DNA of 64,000 nucleotides from the NCBI GenBank assembly GCA_002937855.1, contig PTKS01000001.1, forward strand, positions 97,948 to 161,947, in the 5' to 3' direction. This document shows, in pieces, positions 20,961-31,960 of the stretch (position 1 is its first letter; each line of letters opens with the position of its first letter). Below the pieces are notes generated by a model. It did not search any database. It saw only the letters and a program-made list of their open reading frames with translations, and was not told where the DNA came from. A program made the position numbers and the translations under genes. Source of the DNA: Alphaproteobacteria bacterium MarineAlpha5_Bin12. GTDB taxonomy: Bacteria; Pseudomonadota; Alphaproteobacteria; HIMB59; GCA-002718135.

Positions 20961-21427
20961 TAATTTTTTTCGTTTATAATTTGTTTTGCTAATTGCCCAG
21001 CTAATGACATATCAATTTTACCAGAATATTTTGTCTTTAGAGTTGCCATAACCTTACCCATATCTTTAATAGACTCGACTTTTACTTCTTTAATTATTTG
21101 TGTAATTAATGTTTTTGTTTCATCAGGATTAAATTGCTCTGGTAATAGAGCTTTGATTATTTTGATTTCTTCCATTTCTATTTCGGCGAGATTTTTCCTT
21201 CCACCCTTACTATACATTTCAAAAGATTCTTTACGTTGTTTAATTAATGATTGAAGAATTTTAAAAATATCTTCATCAGTTATAATTTTATCATTTTCTG
21301 ACCTCAAAGAAATATCCTTATCTTTTATAGCGGACTTAATTAATCTATAAGTTTTAATCTTTGTTTGATTTTTTTCTTTTAGTGAAGATTTATATTTTTC
21401 TTCAATTTTTTCTAATATTTTGATCAT
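20960..21427 (-). CDS. GatB/YqeY domain protein
   Basis: 155-aa ORF with family resemblance. Shares one base with the dnaG start (TAATG). Confidence 0.7.
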   Translation of the reverse strand: MIKILEKIEEKYKSSLKEKNQTKIKTYRLIKSAIKDKDISLRSENDKIITDEDIFKILQSLIKQRKESFEMYSKGGRKNLAEIEMEEIKIIKALLPEQFNPDETKTLITQIIKEVKVESIKDMGKVMATLKTKYSGKIDMSLAGQLAKQIINEKN

Positions 21428-21544
21428 TTTTTTAATATATTTTATCGAATCGAATTCTTATAGTTTTTTATTTATATAATATTAAATTAGAGAAATAACT
21501 ACTACTTGACTAATATTTATAAACAAATTACTAAACTTCTTTTA

Positions 21545-22738
21545 ATGCCTGAAAAAATTGAACATAGCATTAAAAAATTAAAATATTCCGCAGTATTAAT
21601 ACTAGAAAATGGTGAAGTTTTTTGGGGATATGGGCTAGGGCCGAAAAGAACTGTAATCGCTGAACTCTGTTTTAATACGTCTATAACAGGATATCAAGAA
21701 ATACTAACTGACCCATCCTATGCAAAGCAAATAATAACATTTACTTTTCCTCATATAGGCATTGTAGGAACAAATATTAATGACAATGAATCTATAAAAC
21801 CTTTTGCAAGTGCATGTGTTATATCTGAAGAGGTTAGCACATCTTCAAATTGGAGATCGATAAAAACTTTAGATAAGTGGTTTATAAAAAACAATCTTCC
21901 TTGTATTACTAACATAAATACAAGATATATAACTAAACTCCTTGTTAAAAAAGGTGCTTTAAAAGCAGCGTTAATAAATTTTAGTGAAATAAATTTTGAT
22001 ATTAATAAGATTGTAAAAAAAATTAAGAAATGGGAAGGGCTTGAAAATCTAGACTTAGCAAGTCAAGTAACCACAAAAATAAAATATACTACCTTTGAGT
22101 CAAAATGGAATCATAAAAAAAACAATTTTGATCAGAATTTTATAAACAAGGAAACATATAAAATAGTTTGTATAGATTATGGAGCTAAAAGAAATATTCT
22201 TAGATCACTGTGTCAAAGAAATCTTGAAATAATAGTTGTACCTGCTAAATCTTCTTTTAAAAAAATTATTGAATTTAAACCATACGGTATCTTTCTTTCT
22301 AACGGGCCTGGAGACCCTTTTGCAACAGGAAAATATGCCGTACCAGTAATTAAAGAATTAATAAAATTAAATATACCAATTTTTGGAATATGCTTAGGGC
22401 ACCAATTATTATGTCTTTCTTTTGGAGCTAAAACAAAAAAAATGTACCATGGACATAGAGGTGCAAATCACCCAGTACAAAATTTAATTTCAAAAAAAGT
22501 TGAAATTACTACTCAAAATCATGGTTTCGAAGTTATTAGATCAAGTTTGCCAAAAGAAATAAAAGAGACTCATATTTCCTTGTTTGATAAATCAAATGAA
22601 GGTGTTGAGCACATTAAGTTACCTATATTTAGTGTTCAATACCATCCAGAATCAAGCCCAGGGCCACATGACAGTCAGTATTTGTTTAATAAATTTCATC
22701 AAAATATAAAAAAATATGCCAAAAAGAAAAGATATTAA
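21545..22738 (+). CDS. carA: Carbamoyl-phosphate synthase small (glutamine amidotransferase) subunit
   Basis: GATase triad region GICLGHQLL and [14 protein letters not shown] prefer ATG 21545 (MPEKIE..) over the tracked TTG 21506. Confidence 0.92.
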   Translation: MPEKIEHSIKKLKYSAVLILENGEVFWGYGLGPKRTVIAELCFNTSITGYQEILTDPSYAKQIITFTFPHIGIVGTNINDNESIKPFASACVISEEVSTSSNWRSIKTLDKWFIKNNLPCITNINTRYITKLLVKKGALKAALINFSEINFDINKIVKKIKKWEGLENLDLASQVTTKIKYTTFESKWNHKKNNFDQNFINKETYKIVCIDYGAKRNILRSLCQRNLEIIVVPAKSSFKKIIEFKPYGIFLSNGPGDPFATGKYAVPVIKELIKLNIPIFGICLGHQLLCLSFGAKTKKMYHGHRGANHPVQNLISKKVEITTQNHGFEVIRSSLPKEIKETHISLFDKSNEGVEHIKLPIFSVQYHPESSPGPHDSQYLFNKFHQNIKKYAKKKRY

Positions 22739-25700
22739 AAAAATATTAGTTATAGGAGCTGGGCCAATAATAATTGGTCAAGCATGTGAATTTGATTATT
22801 CGGGTGTACAAGCTTGCAAAGCATTAAAGGATGAAGGCTTTAATGTAATTTTAATTAATTCTAATCCAGCAACAATAATGACTGATCCAAATATTGCTGA
22901 TAAAACATATATAGAACCAATAGATACTGAATTTATAGAAAAGATCATAAAAAAAGAAAGGCCTGATGCATTACTCCCAACTATGGGTGGGCAGACCGCA
23001 ATAAATGCAGCGTTAAAATTACATAAACTTAAAATTTTAAAGAAATACAATGTTGAAATGATTGGCGCAAAACCAAAATCAATAAATTTGGCTGAGGACA
23101 GAAATTTATTTAAGAAAGCTATGAATGAAATTGGCTTAGAATCCCCTAAAAGTATAATAATTAAATCAAATCAAGAAGCATTAAATTTAATAAATAAGAT
23201 AAATTTACCAGTAATTATAAGACCAAGTTTTACTTTAGGGGGATCTGGTGGAGGAATAGCGAGAACGACTGAAGAATTTTTTACTTCAATTAAAAATGGT
23301 CTTGATGAAAGTCCCACAAAACAAGTTTTGGTAGAAGAATCTGTAATTGGTTGGAAAGAGTATGAAATGGAAGTTGTAAGAGACAAAAATGATAATTGTA
23401 TAATTGTTTGTTCTATAGAAAATATTGACCCCATGGGAGTGCACACTGGCGATTCTATTACAATTGCTCCTTCACTAACATTAACTGATAAAGAATACCA
23501 AATAATGAGAGATGCAAGCATAAGCGTGTTAAGAAAAATTGGTGTAGATACAGGCGGATCTAATGTGCAATTTGCTATAAATCCAAAAGATGGAAGAATG
23601 CTAGTTATTGAAATGAATCCTAGAGTAAGTAGATCTTCCGCATTGGCTTCAAAAGCAACTGGATTTCCAATAGCAAAGGTAGCGGCTAAATTGGCAGTAG
23701 GTTTTACTTTAGACGAATTAACAAATGATATTACTAAGGTTACTCCAGCAAGCTTTGAACCAAGTATAGATTATATTGTTACTAAAATTCCAAGATTTTC
23801 ATTTGAAAAATTTTCCACTACTAGTGGGTTATTAACCACTTCAATGCAATCTGTAGGTGAAGTTATGAGTTTTGGCAGATCTTTTAGTGAGTCATTGCAA
23901 AAGGGGTTATGTTCATTAGAAACTGGTCTAAACGGTTTAAATAAACCAAAAAGAGAAAAACAACAAACTCTATACAGTATTGAAGAAAATTTATTAACTC
24001 AAAGTCCAGAAAGAATACTCTATATAGCAGAAGCATTAAGAAATAAATTCACTGTTGAAAAAATATGCTCTTTGACCGGATATGATAAATGGTTTGTTAA
24101 TCAAATAAAAATAATTACTGAATTAGAAAAAGAAATTTTAAAATTTAAACTACCTTTAAAAATTGATGATTTTTATAGAATAAAAAATTATGGATTTAGT
24201 GACAAAAGAATTGCTGAAATATCTCAAATTCCATTGAAAGAAATAGATAATTTTAGGGTAAAAAATAACATTTATCCTTTTTACAGAAGGGTTGATACTT
24301 GTGCAGGTGAATTTGACTCTTCTACGCCTTATTTATATTCAAGTTATAATAATGAAGAATATAATGAAGAAAAGTGTGAGTCAAAACCTTCTAAAAATAA
24401 AAAAGTGATTATACTAGGAGGAGGTCCAAACAGAATAGGCCAGGGTATTGAATTTGATTATTGCTGTGTGCATGCAGTTTTTGCATTGAAGGAAATGGGA
24501 TATGAAACAATTATGATTAATTGTAATCCTGAAACTGTATCTACAGATTATGATACTGCGGATAGATTATATTTTGAGCCACTAATATCTGAAAATGTTA
24601 ATAATATTATTAATGCTGAAAGTAAAAAAGGGAGTTTAATTGGCGCAATTATCCAATTTGGAGGGCAAACTCCTTTAAACATAGCAAAAGAAATTGAAAA
24701 AAATACAAAAATTTTAGGAACTTCTCCAAATATGGTTGATTTGTCTGAAGATAGAGAAGATTTTAAAAAAATATTATCTAAACTAAAATTGAAACAACCA
24801 GAAAATGGAATAGCATATAATATTGAAGAAGCTACTTCAATTGCTAGGAATATTGGCTATCCTGTTTTAATTAGACCTTCTTTTGTTTTAGGTGGTAGGG
24901 CAATGGAAATTGTGTATGAAGAAAAAAACTTATCTGAATATTTTAATTATGCTAGATCTATATGGACATCTAGACATGTTCCTGAAAATAACCCTATTCT
25001 ACTCGATAGATATTTAGAAAATGCAAAAGAGCTTGATGTTGATCTAATTAGAGACAAAGATAACAATATTTACATAGCAGGTATTATGGAACATATTGAA
25101 GAGGCTGGTATCCATTCTGGTGATAGTTCATGTTCTATTCCTCCATATTCGTTAAAAAATAATGTAATTTTAGAAATTGAACGCCAATCAAAGTTGTTGG
25201 CTAAAGAGTTAAATGTGATAGGAATTATGAATATTCAATTTGCTATAAAGAATAATGAAATTTATGTATTAGAAGTAAATCCCAGAGCAAGTAGAACCGT
25301 ACCTTTTGTTGCAAAATCAAGCGGAATAGAAATAATTAAACTAGCAACTTATGTCATCATGGGAAAAAAATTAAAAGATTTTAAAAAATTAAAAAATTAT
25401 AAAAAATTACCTTATTTTTCAGTTAAAGAACCAGTTTTTCCTTTTAAAAAATTTCAAAATGTCGATGTTTTAAGAGGTCCTGAAATGAAATCTACTGGTG
25501 AAGTAATGGGAATAGATAAAAGTTTCTTATCTGCATATGCTAAAAGTCAAATAGGAGCGGGAATAAATCTTCCTACAAGAGGAAAAGTGTTTTTATCAGT
25601 AAAAGATAAAGATAAGAAAGAACTGGTATTAATCGCAAAAAAATTAATTAGAATTGGCTTTAAACTTATAGGCACTGATGGAACAACAAAATATTTAAAA

Positions 25701-25970
25701 GATAGAAATGTAAAAATAAATAAAATAAATAAAATTAGTGAAGGAAGTCCACATGTGGTTGATTTGTTAAGAGAAAATAAAATAAACTTGGTAATAAATA
25801 CAACAGAAGATAAAAAATCTATGGGAGATAGCTATATAATGAGAAGAAATACCTTAATCTCTAACACTCCTTACTATACTACTATAAATGGTGCTAGAGT
25901 TGCAGTTAATTCTATAGCTATTTTGAAGAAAAAAAATCTAAAAGTTAGATCTTTGCAAGCCTTATATTGA
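22716..25970 (+). CDS. carB: Carbamoyl-phosphate synthase large subunit
   Basis: 1084-aa ORF. Duplicated ATP-grasp halves ([21 protein letters not shown] / [20 protein letters not shown]). C-terminal MGS-like domain. Confidence 0.96.
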   Translation: MPKRKDIKKILVIGAGPIIIGQACEFDYSGVQACKALKDEGFNVILINSNPATIMTDPNIADKTYIEPIDTEFIEKIIKKERPDALLPTMGGQTAINAALKLHKLKILKKYNVEMIGAKPKSINLAEDRNLFKKAMNEIGLESPKSIIIKSNQEALNLINKINLPVIIRPSFTLGGSGGGIARTTEEFFTSIKNGLDESPTKQVLVEESVIGWKEYEMEVVRDKNDNCIIVCSIENIDPMGVHTGDSITIAPSLTLTDKEYQIMRDASISVLRKIGVDTGGSNVQFAINPKDGRMLVIEMNPRVSRSSALASKATGFPIAKVAAKLAVGFTLDELTNDITKVTPASFEPSIDYIVTKIPRFSFEKFSTTSGLLTTSMQSVGEVMSFGRSFSESLQKGLCSLETGLNGLNKPKREKQQTLYSIEENLLTQSPERILYIAEALRNKFTVEKICSLTGYDKWFVNQIKIITELEKEILKFKLPLKIDDFYRIKNYGFSDKRIAEISQIPLKEIDNFRVKNNIYPFYRRVDTCAGEFDSSTPYLYSSYNNEEYNEEKCESKPSKNKKVIILGGGPNRIGQGIEFDYCCVHAVFALKEMGYETIMINCNPETVSTDYDTADRLYFEPLISENVNNIINAESKKGSLIGAIIQFGGQTPLNIAKEIEKNTKILGTSPNMVDLSEDREDFKKILSKLKLKQPENGIAYNIEEATSIARNIGYPVLIRPSFVLGGRAMEIVYEEKNLSEYFNYARSIWTSRHVPENNPILLDRYLENAKELDVDLIRDKDNNIYIAGIMEHIEEAGIHSGDSSCSIPPYSLKNNVILEIERQSKLLAKELNVIGIMNIQFAIKNNEIYVLEVNPRASRTVPFVAKSSGIEIIKLATYVIMGKKLKDFKKLKNYKKLPYFSVKEPVFPFKKFQNVDVLRGPEMKSTGEVMGIDKSFLSAYAKSQIGAGINLPTRGKVFLSVKDKDKKELVLIAKKLIRIGFKLIGTDGTTKYLKDRNVKINKINKISEGSPHVVDLLRENKINLVINTTEDKKSMGDSYIMRRNTLISNTPYYTTINGARVAVNSIAILKKKNLKVRSLQALY

Positions 25971-26033
25971 AGATAAACTAGTTGATAATTTTTTTTTTTT
26001 TATTATTGTAAAAAAAGAAAAAAATAAAAGAAA

Positions 26034-26507
26034 ATGTCAAAAATTCCTATAACTGTAGAAGGCCACAATAAGCTGCAAATTGAACTCAAACAACTTATTA
26101 ATGAAGAAAGGCCAAATATAATAAAAGCAATCGCCGAAGCAAGATCCCATGGAGATCTTTCTGAAAATGCCGAATATCATTCAGCGAAAGAAAAACAAAG
26201 TTTTATTGAAGGAAAAATAGCAGAATTAGAATCTGTTATTGCTCAAGCAGATATTATTGATGTTTCTACTTTATCTGGTAAAGATATAAAATTCGGAGCT
26301 ACAGTAACTGTAATAGATGAAGAAACAGAGCAAAAATCAACATATCAAATAGTTGGAGAAAACGAATCTGACATTAAAAAAAATAAATTATCAATTACGA
26401 GTCCTTTAGGAAGAGCATTAATTGGTAAAGAGAAAAACAGCATAGTAGAATTCAATAGTCCAAAGGGTTCAAAAACTTATTCTATTAAATCAGTAAAATA
26501 TATATAA
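26034..26507 (+). CDS. greA: Transcription elongation factor GreA
   Basis: 157-aa ORF. N-terminal coiled coil with [15 protein letters not shown]. Confidence 0.92.
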   Translation: MSKIPITVEGHNKLQIELKQLINEERPNIIKAIAEARSHGDLSENAEYHSAKEKQSFIEGKIAELESVIAQADIIDVSTLSGKDIKFGATVTVIDEETEQKSTYQIVGENESDIKKNKLSITSPLGRALIGKEKNSIVEFNSPKGSKTYSIKSVKYI

Positions 26508-26512
26508 TCAAA

Positions 26513-27460
26513 TTGAGAACCAAAACAAATTTATGGGTCATGACTGATGGATCTCAAGGAATGATAAGTCAAGTAAAAGGATTAGCAGAACATATAGACT
26601 CTAATTTTCAAGAAAAAATAATAAAACTCAAATGGCCATGGTCAATACTTCAACCAGGAATATTGCCAATATATAAGAATATTTTTAACATTGATTTTAT
26701 AGAAAGAGATTTACCTAAAATCTTAATTACTTGTGGCAGAAAAAGTGTTTATGCATCAATTTATTTAAAAAAAAAATTAAAAGATAAAATTACTACAATT
26801 CATATCCAAGATCCTAAAATTAATACAAATAAATTTGATTATGTAGTGTCACCAAATCACGACAAATTAAAAGGGGATAATGTAATAACTTCTTTTGGTG
26901 CTATACATAATTTAACTGAAGAAATCATTAGTAATTCTCAAAAAATATTTGAAATTCCAAATAACAAAAAAATAGTTACAATCATTTTAGGAGGTGAAAA
27001 TAATCATTATAAACTAACAAATATTGAAATAAATAAGCTGATTTCTCTAATTGAAAAATTGAATAATTTAGAAGAAAAATATTATTTTCTTTTTGTTAGT
27101 TCAAGAAGAACGGACTTAAAATTAATTGATATATTAAAAAATAAATTTACAAAAAAATACTACGTTTGGGATAAAAGTTCTATAAATCCCTATAAATATT
27201 CTTTAAAAATTTCAGATTACATAATATTAACTTCGGATTCCACTTCAATGATATCAGAGGCAACAATTACTGGTAAGCCTATATTTATTTTTCATTTACC
27301 ATTTAAAAGAAAAAGCCTGAGATTTGAGAGTTTTCATAGAGAGTTTCAACAAAAAGGGATAACAAGACCTTTTGAAGATAGATTATATTCATGGTCATAT
27401 GAGCCTTTAAATGAAGCAAAAAGAATAGCTGGCATATTAAACACAAAAATATTAAAATAA
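26513..27460 (+). CDS. ELM1/DUF1022-family protein (GT-B-like fold, function unknown in bacteria)
   Basis: 315-aa ORF with a TTG start. LWVMTDGSQGMISQVKGLAE N-terminus typical of the family. Confidence 0.55.
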   Translation: MRTKTNLWVMTDGSQGMISQVKGLAEHIDSNFQEKIIKLKWPWSILQPGILPIYKNIFNIDFIERDLPKILITCGRKSVYASIYLKKKLKDKITTIHIQDPKINTNKFDYVVSPNHDKLKGDNVITSFGAIHNLTEEIISNSQKIFEIPNNKKIVTIILGGENNHYKLTNIEINKLISLIEKLNNLEEKYYFLFVSSRRTDLKLIDILKNKFTKKYYVWDKSSINPYKYSLKISDYIILTSDSTSMISEATITGKPIFIFHLPFKRKSLRFESFHREFQQKGITRPFEDRLYSWSYEPLNEAKRIAGILNTKILK

Positions 27461-27468
27461 TATATATA

Positions 27469-28098
27469 ATGAATGAATTTTTAAACTCTTTAAAAAATAG
27501 TGTTAGAGAATGTAATAAACCATTTCAACACTGGGAAATTAACAAACCTTTAACTCAAAATATTATTAATGAAATAATTTCAGTAAAAATTCCTGAAGGT
27601 CAACATGCATATGATGGAACTAGGGCTGCTGATTATTCTGGTGGGGGAATAGACAATAAATTAAGGATTTTTGTAGATAAAAAAAATTGTCATTTATACC
27701 CAGAATTAAAATCGCTAATTAAAACATTGCAATCAAAATCTTGTCAAAATATTGTTTCTAATTATTTAAATAAAGATATTTCAAAATCTTATGTGAGACT
27801 TGAAGTGATAGCAGATAAAATAGGTTTTTGGTTAAAGCCTCACAAAGATATTAAAGAAAAAATTATGACAATGATGTTATGGATTAATAATTATGATGAA
27901 TCAGAAAATTTAGGAACAGATTTTTATGATGAGTCTTTTAATCTAGTAAAAACATCAAAATACATTCATAATACGGGTTATTTTTTTTCATCAGGTAATG
28001 ATACCTGGCATGGGCTAGAAAAAAAAAGTATAAAAAAAGAAAGAAGATGTATTCAAATTAATTATGTATCTTTTAAAACTGATTGGCCAGTTGAATAA
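27469..28098 (+). CDS. Hypothetical protein with a 2OG/Fe(II)-oxygenase-like HxD...H...R signature
   Basis: 209-aa ORF. PHKD, then TWHG, then RRCIQINY, in the order and spacing expected for a facial triad plus a 2OG-binding Arg. Confidence 0.45.
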   Translation: MNEFLNSLKNSVRECNKPFQHWEINKPLTQNIINEIISVKIPEGQHAYDGTRAADYSGGGIDNKLRIFVDKKNCHLYPELKSLIKTLQSKSCQNIVSNYLNKDISKSYVRLEVIADKIGFWLKPHKDIKEKIMTMMLWINNYDESENLGTDFYDESFNLVKTSKYIHNTGYFFSSGNDTWHGLEKKSIKKERRCIQINYVSFKTDWPVE

Positions 28099-28101
28099 AT
28101 T

Positions 28102-29043
28102 ATGACAGAAAATAAAACAAAATTACTAATAATTGGCTCGGGTCCAGCAGGTTATACAGCTGCTATATATGCTGCTAGAGCAAACCTAAATCCACATTTA
28201 GTCTCAGGTTTGACTCCAGGTGGACAATTAACTATTACAACAGATGTTGAGAATTACCCTGGATATGAAAACGTGATTCAAGGACCTTGGTTAATGGAGC
28301 AAATGGCAAGTCAGGCTAAAAAAGTTGGTACTGTAATTCACGATGATATAATCAAAGAAGTTGATTTTTCCAAAAAACCTTTTTTAGCAATAGGAGAAAG
28401 CAACAAACAATATATTGCTGAGTCTGTTATTATTTCAACCGGAGCGCAAGCTAGATGGCTAAAAATAAAAGGAGAAGATAAATTTAAAGGTTATGGAATA
28501 TCCGCTTGCGCAACTTGTGATGGGTTTTTTTTTAAAGATAAAGAAGTCGCAGTAATAGGTGGAGGAAATACAGCTGCAGAAGAGGCTTTATTTCTTACTA
28601 ATTTTGCTTCAAAAGTAAATATTATTCATAGAAGAGATAGTTTAAGATCTGAAAAAATTTTACAAGAAAGGCTATTCAAAAATCCTAAAATTAAAATTCA
28701 TTGGAATAAAATTGTCAAAGAGTTTAAAGGTAAGGATTCTCCAAGAGAATTAGAAAAAATAATAATTTCTGATATAAAAAATAATTCACAAGAAGAAATG
28801 GATATAAACGGGGTATTTATTGCAATTGGACATGATCCTGCGACAAAATTATTTTTGAATAAATTAAAAATGGATGATGAAAATTATATTTTAACTAAAC
28901 CTGATAGTACAGAAACAAGTGTTGAGGGTGTTTATGCTGCTGGAGATGTTAAAGATAAAATTTATAGACAAGCTGTTACAGCAGCAGGAATGGGTTGTAT
29001 GGCAGCACTTGAGGCAGAAAAATATTTGTCAAATAAAAATTAA
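28102..29043 (+). CDS. trxB: Thioredoxin-disulfide reductase
   Basis: 313-aa ORF. Redox centre CATCDG. FAD motif IIGSGPAGYTAA and NADPH motif GGGNTAAEEA. Confidence 0.95.
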   Translation: MTENKTKLLIIGSGPAGYTAAIYAARANLNPHLVSGLTPGGQLTITTDVENYPGYENVIQGPWLMEQMASQAKKVGTVIHDDIIKEVDFSKKPFLAIGESNKQYIAESVIISTGAQARWLKIKGEDKFKGYGISACATCDGFFFKDKEVAVIGGGNTAAEEALFLTNFASKVNIIHRRDSLRSEKILQERLFKNPKIKIHWNKIVKEFKGKDSPRELEKIIISDIKNNSQEEMDINGVFIAIGHDPATKLFLNKLKMDDENYILTKPDSTETSVEGVYAAGDVKDKIYRQAVTAAGMGCMAALEAEKYLSNKN

Positions 29044-29048
29044 TTTAA

Positions 29049-29174
29049 TTAGCCTTGTCGGGCTTTCATTCTTGGATTTTTTTTATTAATTATGTATATC
29101 CTGCCTTTTCTTCTAACAACTTTGCAGTCCTTATCTCTGGTTTTTGCAGATTTTATTGAATGTCTTACTTTCAT
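29049..29174 (-). CDS. rpmJ: 50S ribosomal protein L36
   Basis: Below the ORF-track size cutoff. My translation is [41 protein letters not shown] (41 aa), the alphaproteobacterial-type L36 pattern. Confidence 0.85.
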   Translation of the reverse strand: MKVRHSIKSAKTRDKDCKVVRRKGRIYIINKKNPRMKARQG

Positions 29175-29247
29175 AATTTTTAGTTTTTTGTTGAACTAAA
29201 TTAAATGGTTTATTTTGTCAATTATATAAACTATATTTACTTTAAAT

Positions 29248-30834
29248 ATGCCTTTTTTTGAATCAAAAATTAGATCAAATGTTCTAAGTTCTCAAGGTAT
29301 AGCAGCAACATCCCACCCTTTAGCATCTTTGGAAGCAATAGAAATTCTAAAAAAGGGGGGTAACGCAATAGATGCTGCATTGGCAGCATCTATAGTTTTA
29401 TCTGTTGTTGAACCTAATGCTTCCGGATTAGGAGGAGATTCCTTTTCGATAATAAGTATGAAAGGAAAAGATCCTGTATCATACAATGGTTCTGGAATTA
29501 ATCCAGAAAAAGCAAATTTAGATTATTTTAATTCAAAAAAAATCAAATCAATAGATAAAGAAAGTCCTCACTCTGTTACAATTCCTGGAGCAGTTAATGC
29601 ATGGGCTGAAATGCATAATGATTTTGGCAAATTAGAATTTGAACAATTATTTAAAAAAGCAATTTATCTAGCAAAAAATGGATATAATATTACTGAAAAG
29701 GTAGCCTTAGACTGGGGAAAAAATATAAACAAGTTAAAAAAAAATAATAATACAAGGAGAATATTTTTAAAAGAAGATAAGAGTTTTAAATTTTCAGAAA
29801 ACTATAAGAACCCGGCCTTAGGTGATACACTTTTAAAAATTAGTAAAAAGGGGGCAAAAGAATTTTATTCAGGAGAAATTGCGAGAGATATTGTAAAATC
29901 ATTAAATAGTTTGGGTGGTGTTCATACTCTTGAAGATTTTAATCGACAAAAAACCATAAAAAATAAAACTATATTTTCAAAATATAAAGATATTTATATC
30001 CATCAATGCCCTCCCAATGGACCAGGAATAACTGTTCTTTTAATGATGAAAATGATGGAAAAATTGAAAATTGAAAATTATAAACCTATGAGTTTTGAAA
30101 GATTTCATATTGAAGCAGAGTTAACAAAATTTTGCTACAAAATTCGTGAAGAAAACATAGGAGATCCAAATTTTATTAATATTGATTTTAGTAAAATCTT
30201 GTCAGATAAATCAGTTAATGAGTATATTAAAAAGTTCTCATTTACAAATTGCTATGACATTGGAAATCTTAAAATACCCGCACATCCAGAGACTACATAT
30301 TTAACTGTAGTTGATAAAGACCTAAATGCAATTTCAATTATTAATTCAATTTGTTATTCCTTTGGCAGTGGAATTACTACAAACAATACCGGGATATTAC
30401 TGCAAAATAGAGGAACAAACTTTAGATTAGAAAATAATCATCCAAACTGTATTGCCTCTTTTAAGAGACCTTTGCACACTATAATTCCAGGAATGATTGC
30501 AAATAATAAAAAAGATATTATTCTTTCATATGGGGTAATGGGAGGGCAATTCCAACCAGTTGGTCACACTCATGTGCTCAACAATATTTTTGATTACAAT
30601 ATGAAAATTCAAGAGGCTATAGATTTTCCAAGAGGATTTAATTACAATAATACATATAAACTTGAGTTGGGAATAACTCATGAAATTGAAAAAAAATTAA
30701 AAAAAACTGGTCATAATACAGAAATAATTAATGGATATCATGGTGGTGGCCAAGCAATAAAAATTGATTATAAAAATGGAGTATTAATTGGTGGTTCTGA
30801 CTCAAGAAAGGACGGTTGTGCAATCGGGTTATAA
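29248..30834 (+). CDS. ggt: Gamma-glutamyltransferase-family protein without an N-terminal signal peptide
   Basis: 528-aa ORF. Begins directly at the conserved GIAATSHPLAS region. Autoprocessing/nucleophile region HPETTYLTVVD. GGSDSRKDG near the C-terminus. Confidence 0.85.
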   Translation: MPFFESKIRSNVLSSQGIAATSHPLASLEAIEILKKGGNAIDAALAASIVLSVVEPNASGLGGDSFSIISMKGKDPVSYNGSGINPEKANLDYFNSKKIKSIDKESPHSVTIPGAVNAWAEMHNDFGKLEFEQLFKKAIYLAKNGYNITEKVALDWGKNINKLKKNNNTRRIFLKEDKSFKFSENYKNPALGDTLLKISKKGAKEFYSGEIARDIVKSLNSLGGVHTLEDFNRQKTIKNKTIFSKYKDIYIHQCPPNGPGITVLLMMKMMEKLKIENYKPMSFERFHIEAELTKFCYKIREENIGDPNFINIDFSKILSDKSVNEYIKKFSFTNCYDIGNLKIPAHPETTYLTVVDKDLNAISIINSICYSFGSGITTNNTGILLQNRGTNFRLENNHPNCIASFKRPLHTIIPGMIANNKKDIILSYGVMGGQFQPVGHTHVLNNIFDYNMKIQEAIDFPRGFNYNNTYKLELGITHEIEKKLKKTGHNTEIINGYHGGGQAIKIDYKNGVLIGGSDSRKDGCAIGL

Positions 30835-31866
30835 TTAATCAAACACATTGTTGTGTTGTCTATTTACTCTTATAAAAGTTGTGCATTTACTTAATTGTTT
30901 CAAAGATTGAGCTCCAACGTAGGTACAGCTGCTCCTTACTCCTCCTAAAATATCGTTAATCGTGTGTTTTAGTGATTCTTTATACTTTATTCTACTTATC
31001 TTCCCCTCACTACTTCTATATTCTAATAATCCTCCGTAATGTTTTTCAAGTGCAGTTTCTGAACTAGAGCCATAAAATTCAACATATTTTGATCCATTTT
31101 TTTTTATAACCCTTCCTCCTCCTTCTTCGTGACCTGCTAACATACCCCCCAGCATAACAAAATCAGCGCCTCCACCAAATGCTTTAGCTACGTCTCCTGG
31201 ACATGTACAACCTCCATCAGCAATTATATGCGCACTTAAACCATGTGCTGCATCTGAACATTCAATTACAGCACTAAGTTGAGGATATCCCACACCAGTT
31301 TGAATTCTTGTTGTACAAACACTTCCTGGTCCAATTCCAACTTTAACGATGTCTGCTCCACTCAAAATCAATTCTTGTGTCATATCAGCAGTTACAACAT
31401 TTCCTGCAATTATTGTTTTGCTAGGAAAATCCTCTCTAACTGAAGAAATAAATTTGCTAAAATGATCTGAATATCCATTAGCAATATCAATACAAATAAA
31501 TTGAAAAAAATTTAATTCTTTTAATGTGTCTTTTACAGTTTTATATACTTCCTTATCAGTACCTAAACTTAAAGAAACAAATGGATAGATTTTTTTTATA
31601 TCTTTGAAGTTTTTAATTTGTTCAAGTTTGTGTTGCTTTGTAAGAGCAGTTATCATCTTAAAAGTTGATAAAATTTCAGCAATCTTTAATTCACCTACAC
31701 CGTCCATATTGCTAGCAATAATTGGTATGCCTGTCCATTCATAATTGCTATGTTTAAATTTATAGGTTCTTATTAAATCTACTTCTTTTCGACTTTTTAA
31801 AGTACTTCTTTTAGGCCTGAATAGGACATCTGAATAGTCTAGTTTTACTTCTTCTTCAATTCTCAT
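30835..31866 (-). CDS. guaC: GMP reductase
   Basis: 343-aa ORF. MRIEEEVKLDYSDVLFRPKRSTLKSRKEV parallels the E. coli GuaC N-terminus. GIGPGSVCTTR active-site loop. Confidence 0.9.
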   Translation of the reverse strand: MRIEEEVKLDYSDVLFRPKRSTLKSRKEVDLIRTYKFKHSNYEWTGIPIIASNMDGVGELKIAEILSTFKMITALTKQHKLEQIKNFKDIKKIYPFVSLSLGTDKEVYKTVKDTLKELNFFQFICIDIANGYSDHFSKFISSVREDFPSKTIIAGNVVTADMTQELILSGADIVKVGIGPGSVCTTRIQTGVGYPQLSAVIECSDAAHGLSAHIIADGGCTCPGDVAKAFGGGADFVMLGGMLAGHEEGGGRVIKKNGSKYVEFYGSSSETALEKHYGGLLEYRSSEGKISRIKYKESLKHTINDILGGVRSSCTYVGAQSLKQLSKCTTFIRVNRQHNNVFD

Positions 31867-31960
31867 ATTTTTAATAAAATATTATTAACATATTAAACCT
31901 AAAATAATATTTATCTTATGTGGATAAATTCAGATAAAGTGTTATTTGTTTAAATTATAA

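Noticed and set aside
21444-21457. ATCGAATCGAATTC upstream of carA as an ArgR (ARG box) or PyrR-type site
   Set aside because: The GAAT/ATTC half-sites are spaced by 3 nt rather than the 4 W positions of the ARG-box consensus (TNTGAATWWWWATTCANW). There is only one copy and no second box, so the evidence is too weak.
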